Of a stretch of DNA of 64,000 nucleotides, positions 31,134 through 40,291 are shown one piece after another. Each line of letters begins with the position of its first letter. Position 1 is the stretch's first letter. The DNA comes from a phage, in the NCBI GenBank assembly GCA_026683435.1, contig GCA_026683435.1_4866.1; one strand, 5' to 3'. The translations under genes and the position numbers were made by a program. A model generated the notes under the pieces. The model made no database searches. It was given only the letters and a program-made list of their open reading frames with translations, and was not told the origin of the DNA.

Positions 31134-31166
31134 CGTGAATAAATTCTCCTTAAGGTTACGTCCCTG

Positions 31167-31201
31167 TAGATAATATCTATCTCAGATTACTTTAAGAGAT
31201 G
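31167..31201. promoter_or_regulatory. conserved intergenic element, copy B
   Basis: TAGATAATATCTATCTCAGATTACTTTAAGAGATG; overlaps stop codon of upstream minus gene. Confidence 0.5.
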
Positions 31202-31927
31202 CAAGAAGCGTGCTGCCTGTTCTGTAAAGTGAAAATACTCGATGGTATCAGGTTCGTCCGAGTGAATGTCATCCGGGTCCAGCAGGTAGCCCGAGATATC
31301 ATCCGTTAAAACCCAAGCGTCTCCCTGCAGGAAAATACCCATCGGTTTTTCTACCACGGACATCACCAAGTCGGAATAAGAGTTACCTTCTGCTACCTTT
31401 ACAATGTCTTCACACGGGTCAACAATATACAGGTTGCAGAGACTACGATCTTTAAGACTGCGATGAAACATCGCTCGATCGTACCAAATAACCTGAGAAC
31501 AATTATCTTCGTCACCCGCCACATCGACCAACTCTGTCCAGAACCGATGTAAGAACCAGTTCAACGCACCGGTTATTAGCTCGTTCGGTTTCAGCATTCT
31601 AACGTGTTCGTCGTACAACTCTTCCATTGTCCAGATTCGACAATGCTCACGATCGATTGTCGGTAGCGGAGGTATTTGCGGCGGGACTTGTTTAGGCATC
31701 GGTTCATCACATCTTGCGTTGTAACGCGCAATTGTTTCGGTAACCAGCTCTGCCACAACATCACAAGCCGCTTCAAATCCCCACTTGTACAACACGTCGT
31801 AATCTTCCATGGGCGCAGCACCAAACTCACGGTTCGTTGCCATCCACGACATCCATCCGTATTGCTCCACACAGTTAATCAGACTTTGTGTGTGGAGCGT
31901 GAGCGATTCACTCACGACTCGCAACAT
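31187..31927 (-). CDS. hypothetical protein
   Basis: ORF track 31187..31987; start moved to ATG 31927 (MLRVVSESL) with RBS gaggtg. Confidence 0.65.
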   Translation of the reverse strand: MLRVVSESLTLHTQSLINCVEQYGWMSWMATNREFGAAPMEDYDVLYKWGFEAACDVVAELVTETIARYNARCDEPMPKQVPPQIPPLPTIDREHCRIWTMEELYDEHVRMLKPNELITGALNWFLHRFWTELVDVAGDEDNCSQVIWYDRAMFHRSLKDRSLCNLYIVDPCEDIVKVAEGNSYSDLVMSVVEKPMGIFLQGDAWVLTDDISGYLLDPDDIHSDEPDTIEYFHFTEQAARFLHLLK

Positions 31928-31928
31928 G

Positions 31929-33443
31929 TTACACCTCTTCTTCTCGCAGTATGCGACGGTTTGCGTAATACGCACACCACAACCCATGATACTCTTTACC
32001 GATATAGATTAAGAAGTAACGGATGTAGTATTTTTCAGGACGACACACCGCGATGTAATAACGGCCTTCGGGTTCTTTAATACGGTTGATTTCCGTACGA
32101 GACGGAATATCAATACCACGCGTCAAAATAACCGAGACAGGTCGTTTACCCATCGGAAAGTCAATCTTTAACGTTATTGACTTATCGACGCTACGGTAGT
32201 ATTCCTTAACAGGCTTACCTTTGTCATCGAACAACAAGTCAGTAATATCATTTAAGACATAACCCTTTTCCTGATGCAGAACATCACGCAACGTTGTAGC
32301 GAGTTCGTCACGAATATCCAGCGCACGGTACGACAATAAGGGCGGGCGAAGCATTCTGGAGATGGCCAGGTCTTCAAAGAACCAGACATTGGAATCTTCT
32401 CCACTGAAATGCATCTTGTCTGCCGGTAATCCATCACCTGCCACGTCAACGAACTTCTTACGTTTAACGAACTCATTGTTAACAACACCGATTGGATCAT
32501 ACTGCCGCATCTTCGGTGTATCTTTCCATGCCAGGGCGGCGTGGTTGTTTACAATCGTGTAGATGTTATCCCACGGTTGTTTAGTGAACATTACGGAAAA
32601 GTGTGCATCAGGAATCATTTTCCCAATAAACACCAAGTCGTCCTTGTTCTTTGCATGGTTGCCACCAAACATGTAATAGAAAGTTTCATCTTTCACTTTT
32701 ACAGTAGGATGGTCCTCGTTCACCAACGGATAGCAATATTTAACCGTACAAATCGGCGGATATGCCGCAAGGTTCATCCCAGCGGCGATGGGCTCGGGTT
32801 CCGCGGATGCAGGCAACTCATCCTTCGACCAGTACGGCTGATATGGAACGCCGTCGTTGGTCGCTGTGATGGCTGAACCTTTTCTAGCCAATTCGTCCGC
32901 CCGGTCGTTACCGTAGTGGCCGGAGTGTCCTTTGATTTTGATAACCTTAACACCCCGTCCTTCTTTTTTCATCTGCTGTTTGATTTCCCAGATACGAACA
33001 ATAAGTTCTTTGTTCGCCAGCGGAGTACCGTCAGCACGAACCCAACCGCGTTTATGCCAGCCGTCTATCCACTCGTTAAAAGTGTTTACAACGTAACTGG
33101 CATCCACGTAGATGATATAGTTCTTCGCGCGGAAGGGCGCGTTCTCAAACAACGTGATGAAGGCGATTAACTCGCCCACATCTGAGTAGAACTCTTTCGG
33201 AACGGGAATAACGGCGTCGACAAATTGAACGGTGTCCGGCAACTCCGGACACTTCACATCCTGCGGCACTTTTTTGTATCCAACAGTGGTAATCCGTTCT
33301 GAAACACCCGGATGGCTATAAGCCTGACTGTCTTCCAAATCTCCGTTGTTGAATAAATAACCATGAATACCAGCCCCCGAACCTTTCGGGGACTCAGTAT
33401 GACTACCATCGGTATAAATAACCGCTACGTCGACGTCTTTCAT
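31929..33443 (-). CDS. RNase HI domain fused to C-terminal domain of unknown function
   Basis: N-terminal ~190 aa carry RNase HI motifs: TDGS, ELIAF, YVDASY, WHKRGW, KGHSGHYGNDRADELA; C-terminal ~310 aa unassigned. Confidence 0.85.
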   Translation of the reverse strand: MKDVDVAVIYTDGSHTESPKGSGAGIHGYLFNNGDLEDSQAYSHPGVSERITTVGYKKVPQDVKCPELPDTVQFVDAVIPVPKEFYSDVGELIAFITLFENAPFRAKNYIIYVDASYVVNTFNEWIDGWHKRGWVRADGTPLANKELIVRIWEIKQQMKKEGRGVKVIKIKGHSGHYGNDRADELARKGSAITATNDGVPYQPYWSKDELPASAEPEPIAAGMNLAAYPPICTVKYCYPLVNEDHPTVKVKDETFYYMFGGNHAKNKDDLVFIGKMIPDAHFSVMFTKQPWDNIYTIVNNHAALAWKDTPKMRQYDPIGVVNNEFVKRKKFVDVAGDGLPADKMHFSGEDSNVWFFEDLAISRMLRPPLLSYRALDIRDELATTLRDVLHQEKGYVLNDITDLLFDDKGKPVKEYYRSVDKSITLKIDFPMGKRPVSVILTRGIDIPSRTEINRIKEPEGRYYIAVCRPEKYYIRYFLIYIGKEYHGLWCAYYANRRILREEEV

Positions 33444-34162
33444 TATTCTCCTCGCAACTGCGGTGGAATGTATTCACCTGTGCACATTTCGCGGTGGGCT
33501 TCTAACATGCGTTCGAAGCCGTACGTACGCGCAACCAGGGCCAAATGATAGATGCGTGCCGTAGAATACGCTTCCTTCGCAGCATCAAAGCTAGCGTTAT
33601 GCTCGTACGCTTCTTTGCCACGGGTCCAGTGGTGCGCTTCTGCGTGCCAGTTCGGTTCCAGACCAAACGCATATGCAATACGTTCTGCAGTCCGGTCAGA
33701 GTCCAATATAGAAAACTTGCGGTACTTGCCCGGCGGGATATCGCACTGCGCGAACGCGTTCATCAGAATTGGAGCATCGAAATCGGGACCGCGCATGGTG
33801 ATAACCATTTTCACGTTGCCCAGATCATCCAACCATTTTTTAGCCGCCCACAGTGCTTCTGGCAGTGGAGTGGTCCCAGAAAACGCTTCAATGCGTGCTT
33901 TCTCGCTCGGTGCGTATTCGGGGTCGCCTTTACCTTCCCAATAACCGACCGTTTGTGGATCGATGTAGAAGATTTCTTTTGCTTTTGCATCGTTGGGGTC
34001 GATTTTGTGGTAACATGAACCGATCATTTTCATTGTCGGAACATCGAATGCCACGTTTGCCAACGTTAAGATGTAGGCATCTGGACGTAAAGCCAGGGTC
34101 TCTAAGTCCGTCCCAACAACAACGGTGGGCGTTAAAACAGGCAGAATTTTAGGATAGGTCAT
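33443..34162 (-). CDS. DEDDh-type 3'-5' exonuclease
   Basis: Exo I motif VVGTDLETLAL, later HNASFDAAKEAY (H-x4-D); 239 aa. Confidence 0.75.
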   Translation of the reverse strand: MTYPKILPVLTPTVVVGTDLETLALRPDAYILTLANVAFDVPTMKMIGSCYHKIDPNDAKAKEIFYIDPQTVGYWEGKGDPEYAPSEKARIEAFSGTTPLPEALWAAKKWLDDLGNVKMVITMRGPDFDAPILMNAFAQCDIPPGKYRKFSILDSDRTAERIAYAFGLEPNWHAEAHHWTRGKEAYEHNASFDAAKEAYSTARIYHLALVARTYGFERMLEAHREMCTGEYIPPQLRGE

Positions 34163-34221
34163 TTCAACTCTCCACGAGATTATATATCACACTATTGACT
34201 ATTAACGTAAAAAAGGAAATC

Positions 34222-34245
34222 CCCTCTTACCCGAAGGTAAGAGGG
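34222..34245 (-). terminator. intrinsic terminator (minus strand)
   Basis: hairpin ccctcttacc-cgaa-ggtaagaggg, T-run on minus strand. Confidence 0.65.
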
Positions 34246-34250
34246 AGTTT

Positions 34251-34730
34251 TCATTGCACAAGGCAACTACTTTTGTGCCGTTCGTAGGCACGATTAAAAG
34301 ACTCTCTGTCTTCGCGATAGCTGCGAATGAGAGACTTAATCTGTCGTGACAAATCACGACTAATGTCTTGAGGGCTACGAGAACCAGGGTCGAGATATAT
34401 CCCGGAGGGTATACCATGAAGAGTGGGGCGAATAAACTCTTCACAAAGCGGTGCGGTCATCGGGGTGTGCCACCCTTTAGCTTCTGCATAGTTGTTTACT
34501 GACTTAGCGTACAGATAAACGTAATAAGCATAAGCGTTCACATCCGCAACAAACATTTTCCCTGCCAGCTTTTTCGCCTCAGGACTGTTCCCACCGTTAT
34601 ATACTGGTGGGTGTTCTAAAGGACGAAAAGGCCAATCTCCGGTTGAGGAGTAATCTGGGTCTACGTGACGGATGACCCCAGGGCATCCTGTCAACAATAG
34701 CACCAGTATCGCCACCAAAAATAACTTCAT
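34251..34730 (-). CDS. lipoprotein (candidate outer-membrane partner of upstream gene)
   Basis: N-terminus MKLFLVAILVLLLTGC has signal peptide with lipobox LTGC; 159 aa. Confidence 0.75.
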   Translation of the reverse strand: MKLFLVAILVLLLTGCPGVIRHVDPDYSSTGDWPFRPLEHPPVYNGGNSPEAKKLAGKMFVADVNAYAYYVYLYAKSVNNYAEAKGWHTPMTAPLCEEFIRPTLHGIPSGIYLDPGSRSPQDISRDLSRQIKSLIRSYREDRESFNRAYERHKSSCLVQ

Positions 34731-34739
34731 GTATGCTCC

Positions 34740-35255
34740 TCATGGATTATTAAGCGTACTGATAATCTCCTGTCGGAAATCGTTTGCCGCCTGCGACCCC
34801 ACTGGGCGAGAAGCTGCCTGGTGTTTCTTGGCAGGCGGGCTAGACGGATTTAACGGTGCCTGTGGTGTTACCGGCTTGAGTTCTTCAGGCGGAACCGCGG
34901 CCCCAGTGCCTGTCCCTGTTGGAGATTTGGTACCATCATATGGCGATCGAGAACCCAGGCATGTGAAGAGACGATCGTACAGCTTATTGTTCTCCACTTC
35001 GCCATGATCGGACTTCTCTTTTAGCTCCTTATAGGATATCTCCAGATACTGAGTACGCGATTGGACGCTAACCAGTGTGTGGTATTGAACAATGTAGGCA
35101 TATGAGACAAATGCAGAGAACGCGATCAGTGCCACTATCACTAGTGTCACTATTTTCCCGGCTCGTGTTACTTTCTCCCCCTCGCCCGGTTTAAATGCTT
35201 CCCACAGAATCTGTAAGAATGGAAGCAGTTTGAAAACTGATGCTATCATGCTCAC
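34740..35255 (-). CDS. inner-membrane-anchored protein with short coiled-coil and Pro/Ser/Thr-rich C-terminus
   Basis: 171-aa ORF; single hydrophobic helix IVTLVIVALIAFSAFVSYAYIV near N-terminus. Confidence 0.7.
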   Translation of the reverse strand: MSMIASVFKLLPFLQILWEAFKPGEGEKVTRAGKIVTLVIVALIAFSAFVSYAYIVQYHTLVSVQSRTQYLEISYKELKEKSDHGEVENNKLYDRLFTCLGSRSPYDGTKSPTGTGTGAAVPPEELKPVTPQAPLNPSSPPAKKHQAASRPVGSQAANDFRQEIISTLNNP

Positions 35256-35273
35256 CTCGGAGAGTTTTTAATT

Positions 35274-36653
35274 ATGTATGATTTACAAGGCTTTATTCAA
35301 ATAGCGGCTCTGATTGATAATGGCCCTGGCAACACCGCTCCGGTAGGTGAGTTGTCTGAGCTGTCATATTCGTTCGCTAAAAGCAAGCAGTATTTTACTA
35401 AAGAAAATCTGCAGGTGGAACTGGTTGCTTTTACTTCTAAACGTGACGAGTTGCCTATTAAGACCCCGGCCGTCTTTAGCGACCACGTTCTTACTGTTTC
35501 CCAATGGATCTACCAACAGTCTATCCTGGGCAACTTAAGAAACGACGAAGTTGAATTCCAGCGTTTGCTGTTGGGGCAATTTAATAGTGTCATCAGCGGT
35601 GTTCAGTCTGGCGCGATGATTCAGACTAACAGTAACTGGTTCCCACGTTGGGTCAGTTGGAAACTTGAAACCACAGCAGATAAAGTCGAAGACCCGTCTG
35701 ATGTAAATAACCAGATTATTCTCTGGTTTGCTGATGAAGATTTCAATCAGGACTATACTGGATTTGAAATTGAAGTCCAAATGCCGATATTACCGGTTGA
35801 TACTTTCTTGGCTGTGAAATCTGTAGTCGAAAAGGCAATGGAAGGGTTCAACCTTCCGGATCACCATAATAAGATTAACGAATTAGCTGACGGTTATCCG
35901 TACACTAGCCTGATTACTAACATCTATACTTGGCACGACCAGGAAGACTTTGACTCCACCTTACCGATACCGATGTCGGCTATCATCTACGGACGCGCGG
36001 GTCGTAACCCGAGCAGGATTAAACAAGCGTTACGTGATTACATTTTGGCAAACTCCAGTTTTACTGTGGCGTTGGGTGTCAAAGTGTTCCCAGAAATCTT
36101 TACGACCACCAAGTTCACAATTGTTCCCGGTTGGTCAATTCGTGGGATTCCAAATGAGGAAGATGTTGCGGCATTATACTCGCCGATTCTCCCATATGAT
36201 TTCTGGGTCAAAGCAATCTCCCGATTTGGGGAGTGGACTGTTCAAACCATTACGGAAAAAAATAGTGGAGCGATCTCGATTCCAACTACCGATGTAACGG
36301 ATTTACCGTCCATCTATAAATCGTTGAACGCCGTGGTTATCGCTGGCCCTGAAAACGATTCACGCAAAACGACCCTGCATGACACAATTCCTGACTACGC
36401 ATTAATCGGCACTAATAATGCGGATATTGCGAGAATGTCGAAGAAAACCACCGAGTGGTTGGATCTGTTCTTCCAGGCGTTAATTGCAGCCGAAGAGTAC
36501 CATCCGCACTCCACCCCGTTGGATATCGTGAAGCTCGTAGACGACGTTGATCCTAACGTTTACTTCTACGTCTTCGAATTCGATAACGTGGAATATCGTG
36601 TCTTGGCCCGTAAGGCCATTTGGGATGTTCCTGCGGTAGAGCCAAAAGCCTAA
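35274..36653 (+). CDS. hypothetical protein (probable virion protein)
   Basis: 459-aa ORF; plus-strand island ending in strong terminator. Confidence 0.75.
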   Translation: MYDLQGFIQIAALIDNGPGNTAPVGELSELSYSFAKSKQYFTKENLQVELVAFTSKRDELPIKTPAVFSDHVLTVSQWIYQQSILGNLRNDEVEFQRLLLGQFNSVISGVQSGAMIQTNSNWFPRWVSWKLETTADKVEDPSDVNNQIILWFADEDFNQDYTGFEIEVQMPILPVDTFLAVKSVVEKAMEGFNLPDHHNKINELADGYPYTSLITNIYTWHDQEDFDSTLPIPMSAIIYGRAGRNPSRIKQALRDYILANSSFTVALGVKVFPEIFTTTKFTIVPGWSIRGIPNEEDVAALYSPILPYDFWVKAISRFGEWTVQTITEKNSGAISIPTTDVTDLPSIYKSLNAVVIAGPENDSRKTTLHDTIPDYALIGTNNADIARMSKKTTEWLDLFFQALIAAEEYHPHSTPLDIVKLVDDVDPNVYFYVFEFDNVEYRVLARKAIWDVPAVEPKA

Positions 36654-36663
36654 GGAGGGTTAA

Positions 36664-37287
36664 ATGGCACAACTGTTGCCTAACACGCCTCAGGTTAACC
36701 TTGAGGGGTTGTTCAAGGTTAAGACACCTTATACGTTGCCAGATAAAGTGATTTACCGTGTTGACGCGGTACAGAACTTTCCGAAACTCCAACGTAATAA
36801 TATTGACGTTTATAACAAGTATTATAAACCTGTCGGCCTAACTCGTGACGACTATATCAGCGACGCTAATGTCGAAGCCTCGATTGTAACATTAAAGTCG
36901 AGGGACGGTCAAGTCTACGAGTTGCCTGATACGTACATTGAGACGTATCCTGGACTGAACGGGTTAAATTATAGACGCAATGTGGTGGTTATTGACCTGG
37001 CATTAATACCCGAATACGTCGATGTCACACTGCTAACGAACGACCTGAAAAGCATCTTAGAACGCGGTTTAGGAATCGAAGCACGTGTGGACATCACATC
37101 GATGGATTACGAAGGGACGGTGACGGAAGAAGAACACTTGCAAATGGAAGCGGTGCGTAAAGCCAAAATCCGTGAGCAGGTTCCTCTGACAGAACAAGTT
37201 GCAACACTCACTAAGCAGAATCAAGAACTGCAGGCGTTGAATGATGCGATGTTGAAAATCCTGAAAGATAACGGGTTAACAAATTAA
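36664..37287 (+). CDS. hypothetical protein with C-terminal coiled-coil
   Basis: 207-aa ORF, RBS aggagg. Confidence 0.7.
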   Translation: MAQLLPNTPQVNLEGLFKVKTPYTLPDKVIYRVDAVQNFPKLQRNNIDVYNKYYKPVGLTRDDYISDANVEASIVTLKSRDGQVYELPDTYIETYPGLNGLNYRRNVVVIDLALIPEYVDVTLLTNDLKSILERGLGIEARVDITSMDYEGTVTEEEHLQMEAVRKAKIREQVPLTEQVATLTKQNQELQALNDAMLKILKDNGLTN

Positions 37288-37303
37288 AGAAAAAAAAAGA
37301 ACT

Positions 37304-37324
37304 ACCTACTCCCTTGGGAGTAGG
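37304..37324. terminator. bidirectional intrinsic terminator
   Basis: hairpin cctactccc-ttg-gggagtagg flanked by A-run and T-run. Confidence 0.75.
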
Positions 37325-37345
37325 TAGGCTTTTATTTTTATCGCA

Positions 37346-38503
37346 TTATTTACCGATGATATCACGGACCATTGCTTTGATTGTGGCAACAGTACGTTTC
37401 TTTTTCGGCAGCTTGCGGATTTCTGCGTACAGTTTATCCAGGTTCAGCGTTTTCTGTACCTGCGCAACAATCTGCATTTGCTCTTCGTCGATCTTCACTT
37501 CGACGGTTTGTTCCTGCATTTTGCCCAGTTCCTGAATCACACTGGAAACCGATACCGGATAAGCTGTTGATTTTGGACGTTCGATACCGAGGGTAACAAA
37601 GATTTCGTCGTCAATAAACACATTTTCGATATCAACCAAGTTTTCCAGAATGATTTCATCGTGGTCTTCATCTTCCGACGCATTCGGGTATGGACGTTTG
37701 TAGGTGTAATCCCACACGTCATAACCGAGTTTATCTGCGAGTTGTACGAAACCTTCCCAGGTTACTTCGCCGGGGTTGATAGTCTGACCACGGAAACCGG
37801 GGTTGGCCGTAAAGACTTTCACCCAGTCGATGTTCGCGATGTTACGACACTCTTCCAGCGGCGCGTAACGATCTCCCACTTCGTCATTGTCAGTCTCTTC
37901 AACATGCTCTGCTTCACAACGCTCGAAAGTAACTGAGTGTGGTTTACCGTCACCGAAGATAACGGAGGCAGCACGCCAGTCTTCGATAGTCCACTGGACA
38001 TGAGTCAATTCAATGTAACAATGCCCAACCTTAACACGACCATGTGGAGCACTTACTGGTTTAATCAGCTCACCTGGTTCGAAGAAGAATTCGTCAGAAT
38101 GTGCAATGGCATACCAGACACCATCAACACCTTCAACGAGAATAGACCAGTTATAAGGCGCGTGGCAATTTTGGAAAGCTACGCCCAGCATACTTCCCCA
38201 ACGGTCATCTGGCGAATATTTCAGTGGCGGCAGGTTATCAAACTGAAGAGTTTGAGAAGAAAGGCACAACTTATTACGCAGGTGCGGCAGCGGCAGATAA
38301 GCCTCCACATTGTTATCGACCAGCGCATTGTAAAGATCCGGGTTGATAACACCGGTGCCAGTGACGTGTTGTGCAATCAGAGCTTCTGAATATGCACGAA
38401 TACCTTCGTAGCTAAGCACATACGCACGGTCACGTACTACACGAGCCATATCTTCGATTACGGAAATTGGAAATTTCATGTTAATAGTCCTTATAAAAGT
38501 CAA
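37346..38503 (-). CDS. hypothetical protein
   Basis: 385-aa ORF. Confidence 0.7.
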   Translation of the reverse strand: MTFIRTINMKFPISVIEDMARVVRDRAYVLSYEGIRAYSEALIAQHVTGTGVINPDLYNALVDNNVEAYLPLPHLRNKLCLSSQTLQFDNLPPLKYSPDDRWGSMLGVAFQNCHAPYNWSILVEGVDGVWYAIAHSDEFFFEPGELIKPVSAPHGRVKVGHCYIELTHVQWTIEDWRAASVIFGDGKPHSVTFERCEAEHVEETDNDEVGDRYAPLEECRNIANIDWVKVFTANPGFRGQTINPGEVTWEGFVQLADKLGYDVWDYTYKRPYPNASEDEDHDEIILENLVDIENVFIDDEIFVTLGIERPKSTAYPVSVSSVIQELGKMQEQTVEVKIDEEQMQIVAQVQKTLNLDKLYAEIRKLPKKKRTVATIKAMVRDIIGK

Positions 38504-38539
38504 TGGTATTTTCAGATGATTAGTTACTGCTGTAAAAAA

Positions 38540-38806
38540 CTAGTTACGGTCGGAATTAAAGACGTGCCAGGTACTACGCCAGCGGAAGAATCGGGTTATG
38601 AAACCACGTATGTGGTAGCCTGAGAACAACATCCAGATCGTGAGAAAAAGCTGCGCCCATGGAGTGGTGAGTTCCATCAAATGCGCGACTATCGCACCAA
38701 CTATCAACATTACCGTGGAGAATAACAAACTATACATCATCGGAATGTTGTGGCTATAGCGTTTCTCCATCCAGTAGAGAAAATTTATTAAACGTTTCAC
38801 GAACAC
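38540..38806 (-). CDS. small membrane protein with two predicted helices (holin-like topology)
   Basis: 88-aa ORF; two hydrophobic stretches and basic C-terminus. Confidence 0.5.
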   Translation of the reverse strand: MFVKRLINFLYWMEKRYSHNIPMMYSLLFSTVMLIVGAIVAHLMELTTPWAQLFLTIWMLFSGYHIRGFITRFFRWRSTWHVFNSDRN

Positions 38807-38830
38807 ACATCCAAGAATTAAATAAAAGGT

Positions 38831-38852
38831 GGTCAGACCCGAAGGTCTGACC
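38831..38852 (-). terminator. intrinsic terminator (minus strand)
   Basis: hairpin ggtcagacc-cgaa-ggtctgacc. Confidence 0.65.
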
Positions 38853-38857
38853 GTTAA

Positions 38858-39451
38858 TTACGCATCGGCCTCAAAGAACGGCTGGTTTGGTACCACTGCG
38901 TATTCGAGCACGAACAGATGTTCTGGGGCATCTTCTGCTCGCCACAGTTTGTGGCACGTTGCCAGTTTTTCCAGGATGGTCAACCAGCTGAGCTGGCAGA
39001 AAGCACGGTCGCCGAAGAACAGTTTCTGCAGTGCAATCGACACATCCATATACGCCTGTTTGAAGTCGAGTTCTTTATCGTAACCCGCCGACTGTCGCCA
39101 CGTCAGCACGAAACCTGCTTCGGTTTCGTTAATTGCTGGACGTAAACCACAAATCCACATCAGTGCCAGATTAACGTTCCAGTCGAATTCGATACCTTCG
39201 TCTTCGTCATCACCAAACGCCGCGTTTAACGCATCGTAGAAACCGTGGTTCTCTGCGAACCATTCGCCGTACTCAACGTAGACCGGTGCTTCGACAGCTT
39301 CCCCATCGACTTCACCGATAGGACGCTCTACATAGTTCGGGTTGGTTTGAACGTGTTCCGCACCCGCGCGAATTAATTCGTAGACATCTTTGGCGGTGAT
39401 TTGTGCGGCTGTTTTAAGACCTGGATACCAGGGGCGTGTTACGAGTGTCAA
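38858..39451 (-). CDS. hypothetical protein
   Basis: 197-aa ORF, 4-nt overlap with upstream gene. Confidence 0.65.
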   Translation of the reverse strand: MTLVTRPWYPGLKTAAQITAKDVYELIRAGAEHVQTNPNYVERPIGEVDGEAVEAPVYVEYGEWFAENHGFYDALNAAFGDDEDEGIEFDWNVNLALMWICGLRPAINETEAGFVLTWRQSAGYDKELDFKQAYMDVSIALQKLFFGDRAFCQLSWLTILEKLATCHKLWRAEDAPEHLFVLEYAVVPNQPFFEADA

Positions 39452-40170
39452 AGCAATGCTCCTTTCATGATAGTGTTATTTGCCAGTAGTGTACCGGCCG
39501 CAGGTGATATTTTGGTGTACAGCGTATCCCAGATTTTCTGAAGCTCAGCGACGCGTTGGTCGCGGTCTTCCTTCGCAAAAGCAAGCTGACGTGTTTCAGC
39601 TTTCGGTGGCGTCATTTTCGCACCGTAGAATGCTGCGTCTTTTCGGTAGCTGTCCATCCAGCGTTTCCCGACCGATGATTTCTTTTTAATCATCGCAACA
39701 GCAGCGCTCTCACCGAAGCGGTAGCCTAATGCAATTTCGGCTGTGCTCGGCTTGCGTTTGAGTTGTTTTGTCAGATGATCCTCGATGTGTTTCATGTAAA
39801 CAGCAGCAAGCTGTACAGCATATTTCGGTTTATTAAGGTCTGCGTTCTTTGGGATGTTAAGTTGTTTCCCATACAGACGTATCATGGAGCGTTTAGTACC
39901 TGTCGTCATTTGGACAACACTACTAGCACTGCTCGATTTATTCTTACCCACGTTTTTATTAAAACGGGATTCGCGGTAAATGGTGGTCGCAAGCATCCCG
40001 GCATGTACACCTTGCTTTTGAGATGCAGAGACGATGAGAGGTTTAATCTCATTGAACTGGTCCTGGATAAGGACAAATTCTTTTTGATGTTTGTTACTGG
40101 TGGACTGGTAAGAAGCGTTGCTGTTGAATGTGGTCACTGCTACCAGAAGAAATAAAATGGTGCGAAACAT
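39448..40170 (-). CDS. secreted or signal-anchored lytic transglycosylase-like protein (candidate endolysin)
   Basis: N-terminal hydrophobic signal MFRTILFLLVAVTTF; motif ESRFN…SSSASSVVQMTTGT parallels the SLT motif of the giant protein. Confidence 0.65.
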   Translation of the reverse strand: MFRTILFLLVAVTTFNSNASYQSTSNKHQKEFVLIQDQFNEIKPLIVSASQKQGVHAGMLATTIYRESRFNKNVGKNKSSSASSVVQMTTGTKRSMIRLYGKQLNIPKNADLNKPKYAVQLAAVYMKHIEDHLTKQLKRKPSTAEIALGYRFGESAAVAMIKKKSSVGKRWMDSYRKDAAFYGAKMTPPKAETRQLAFAKEDRDQRVAELQKIWDTLYTKISPAAGTLLANNTIMKGALL

Positions 40171-40258
40171 GGATGTATCTCCAAACGGATTTATACTTTT
40201 CCGTTCCCAATCCGGGAAGACGGCGCGGACGGCATTGTGCTCCTTTGTAATGTGCCCT

Positions 40259-40291
40259 GATGATAATATCTATTTGAAACTTTTTGGGATG
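40259..40291. promoter_or_regulatory. conserved intergenic element, copy C
   Basis: GATGATAATATCTATTTGAAACTTTTTGGGATG; overlaps stop codon of macro-domain gene. Confidence 0.45.

Noticed and set aside
34740-35255. Calling the membrane-anchored Pro-rich protein a TonB homolog
   Set aside because: The transmembrane helix lacks the TonB S-x3-H signature spacing and there is no recognisable TonB C-terminal domain.
40170-40200. T4 late-promoter-like TATAAAT about 24 nt upstream of the SLT-like gene (minus strand)
   Set aside because: Single occurrence; no other gene start in the window has TATAAATA, so a T4-type late promoter class is not supported.
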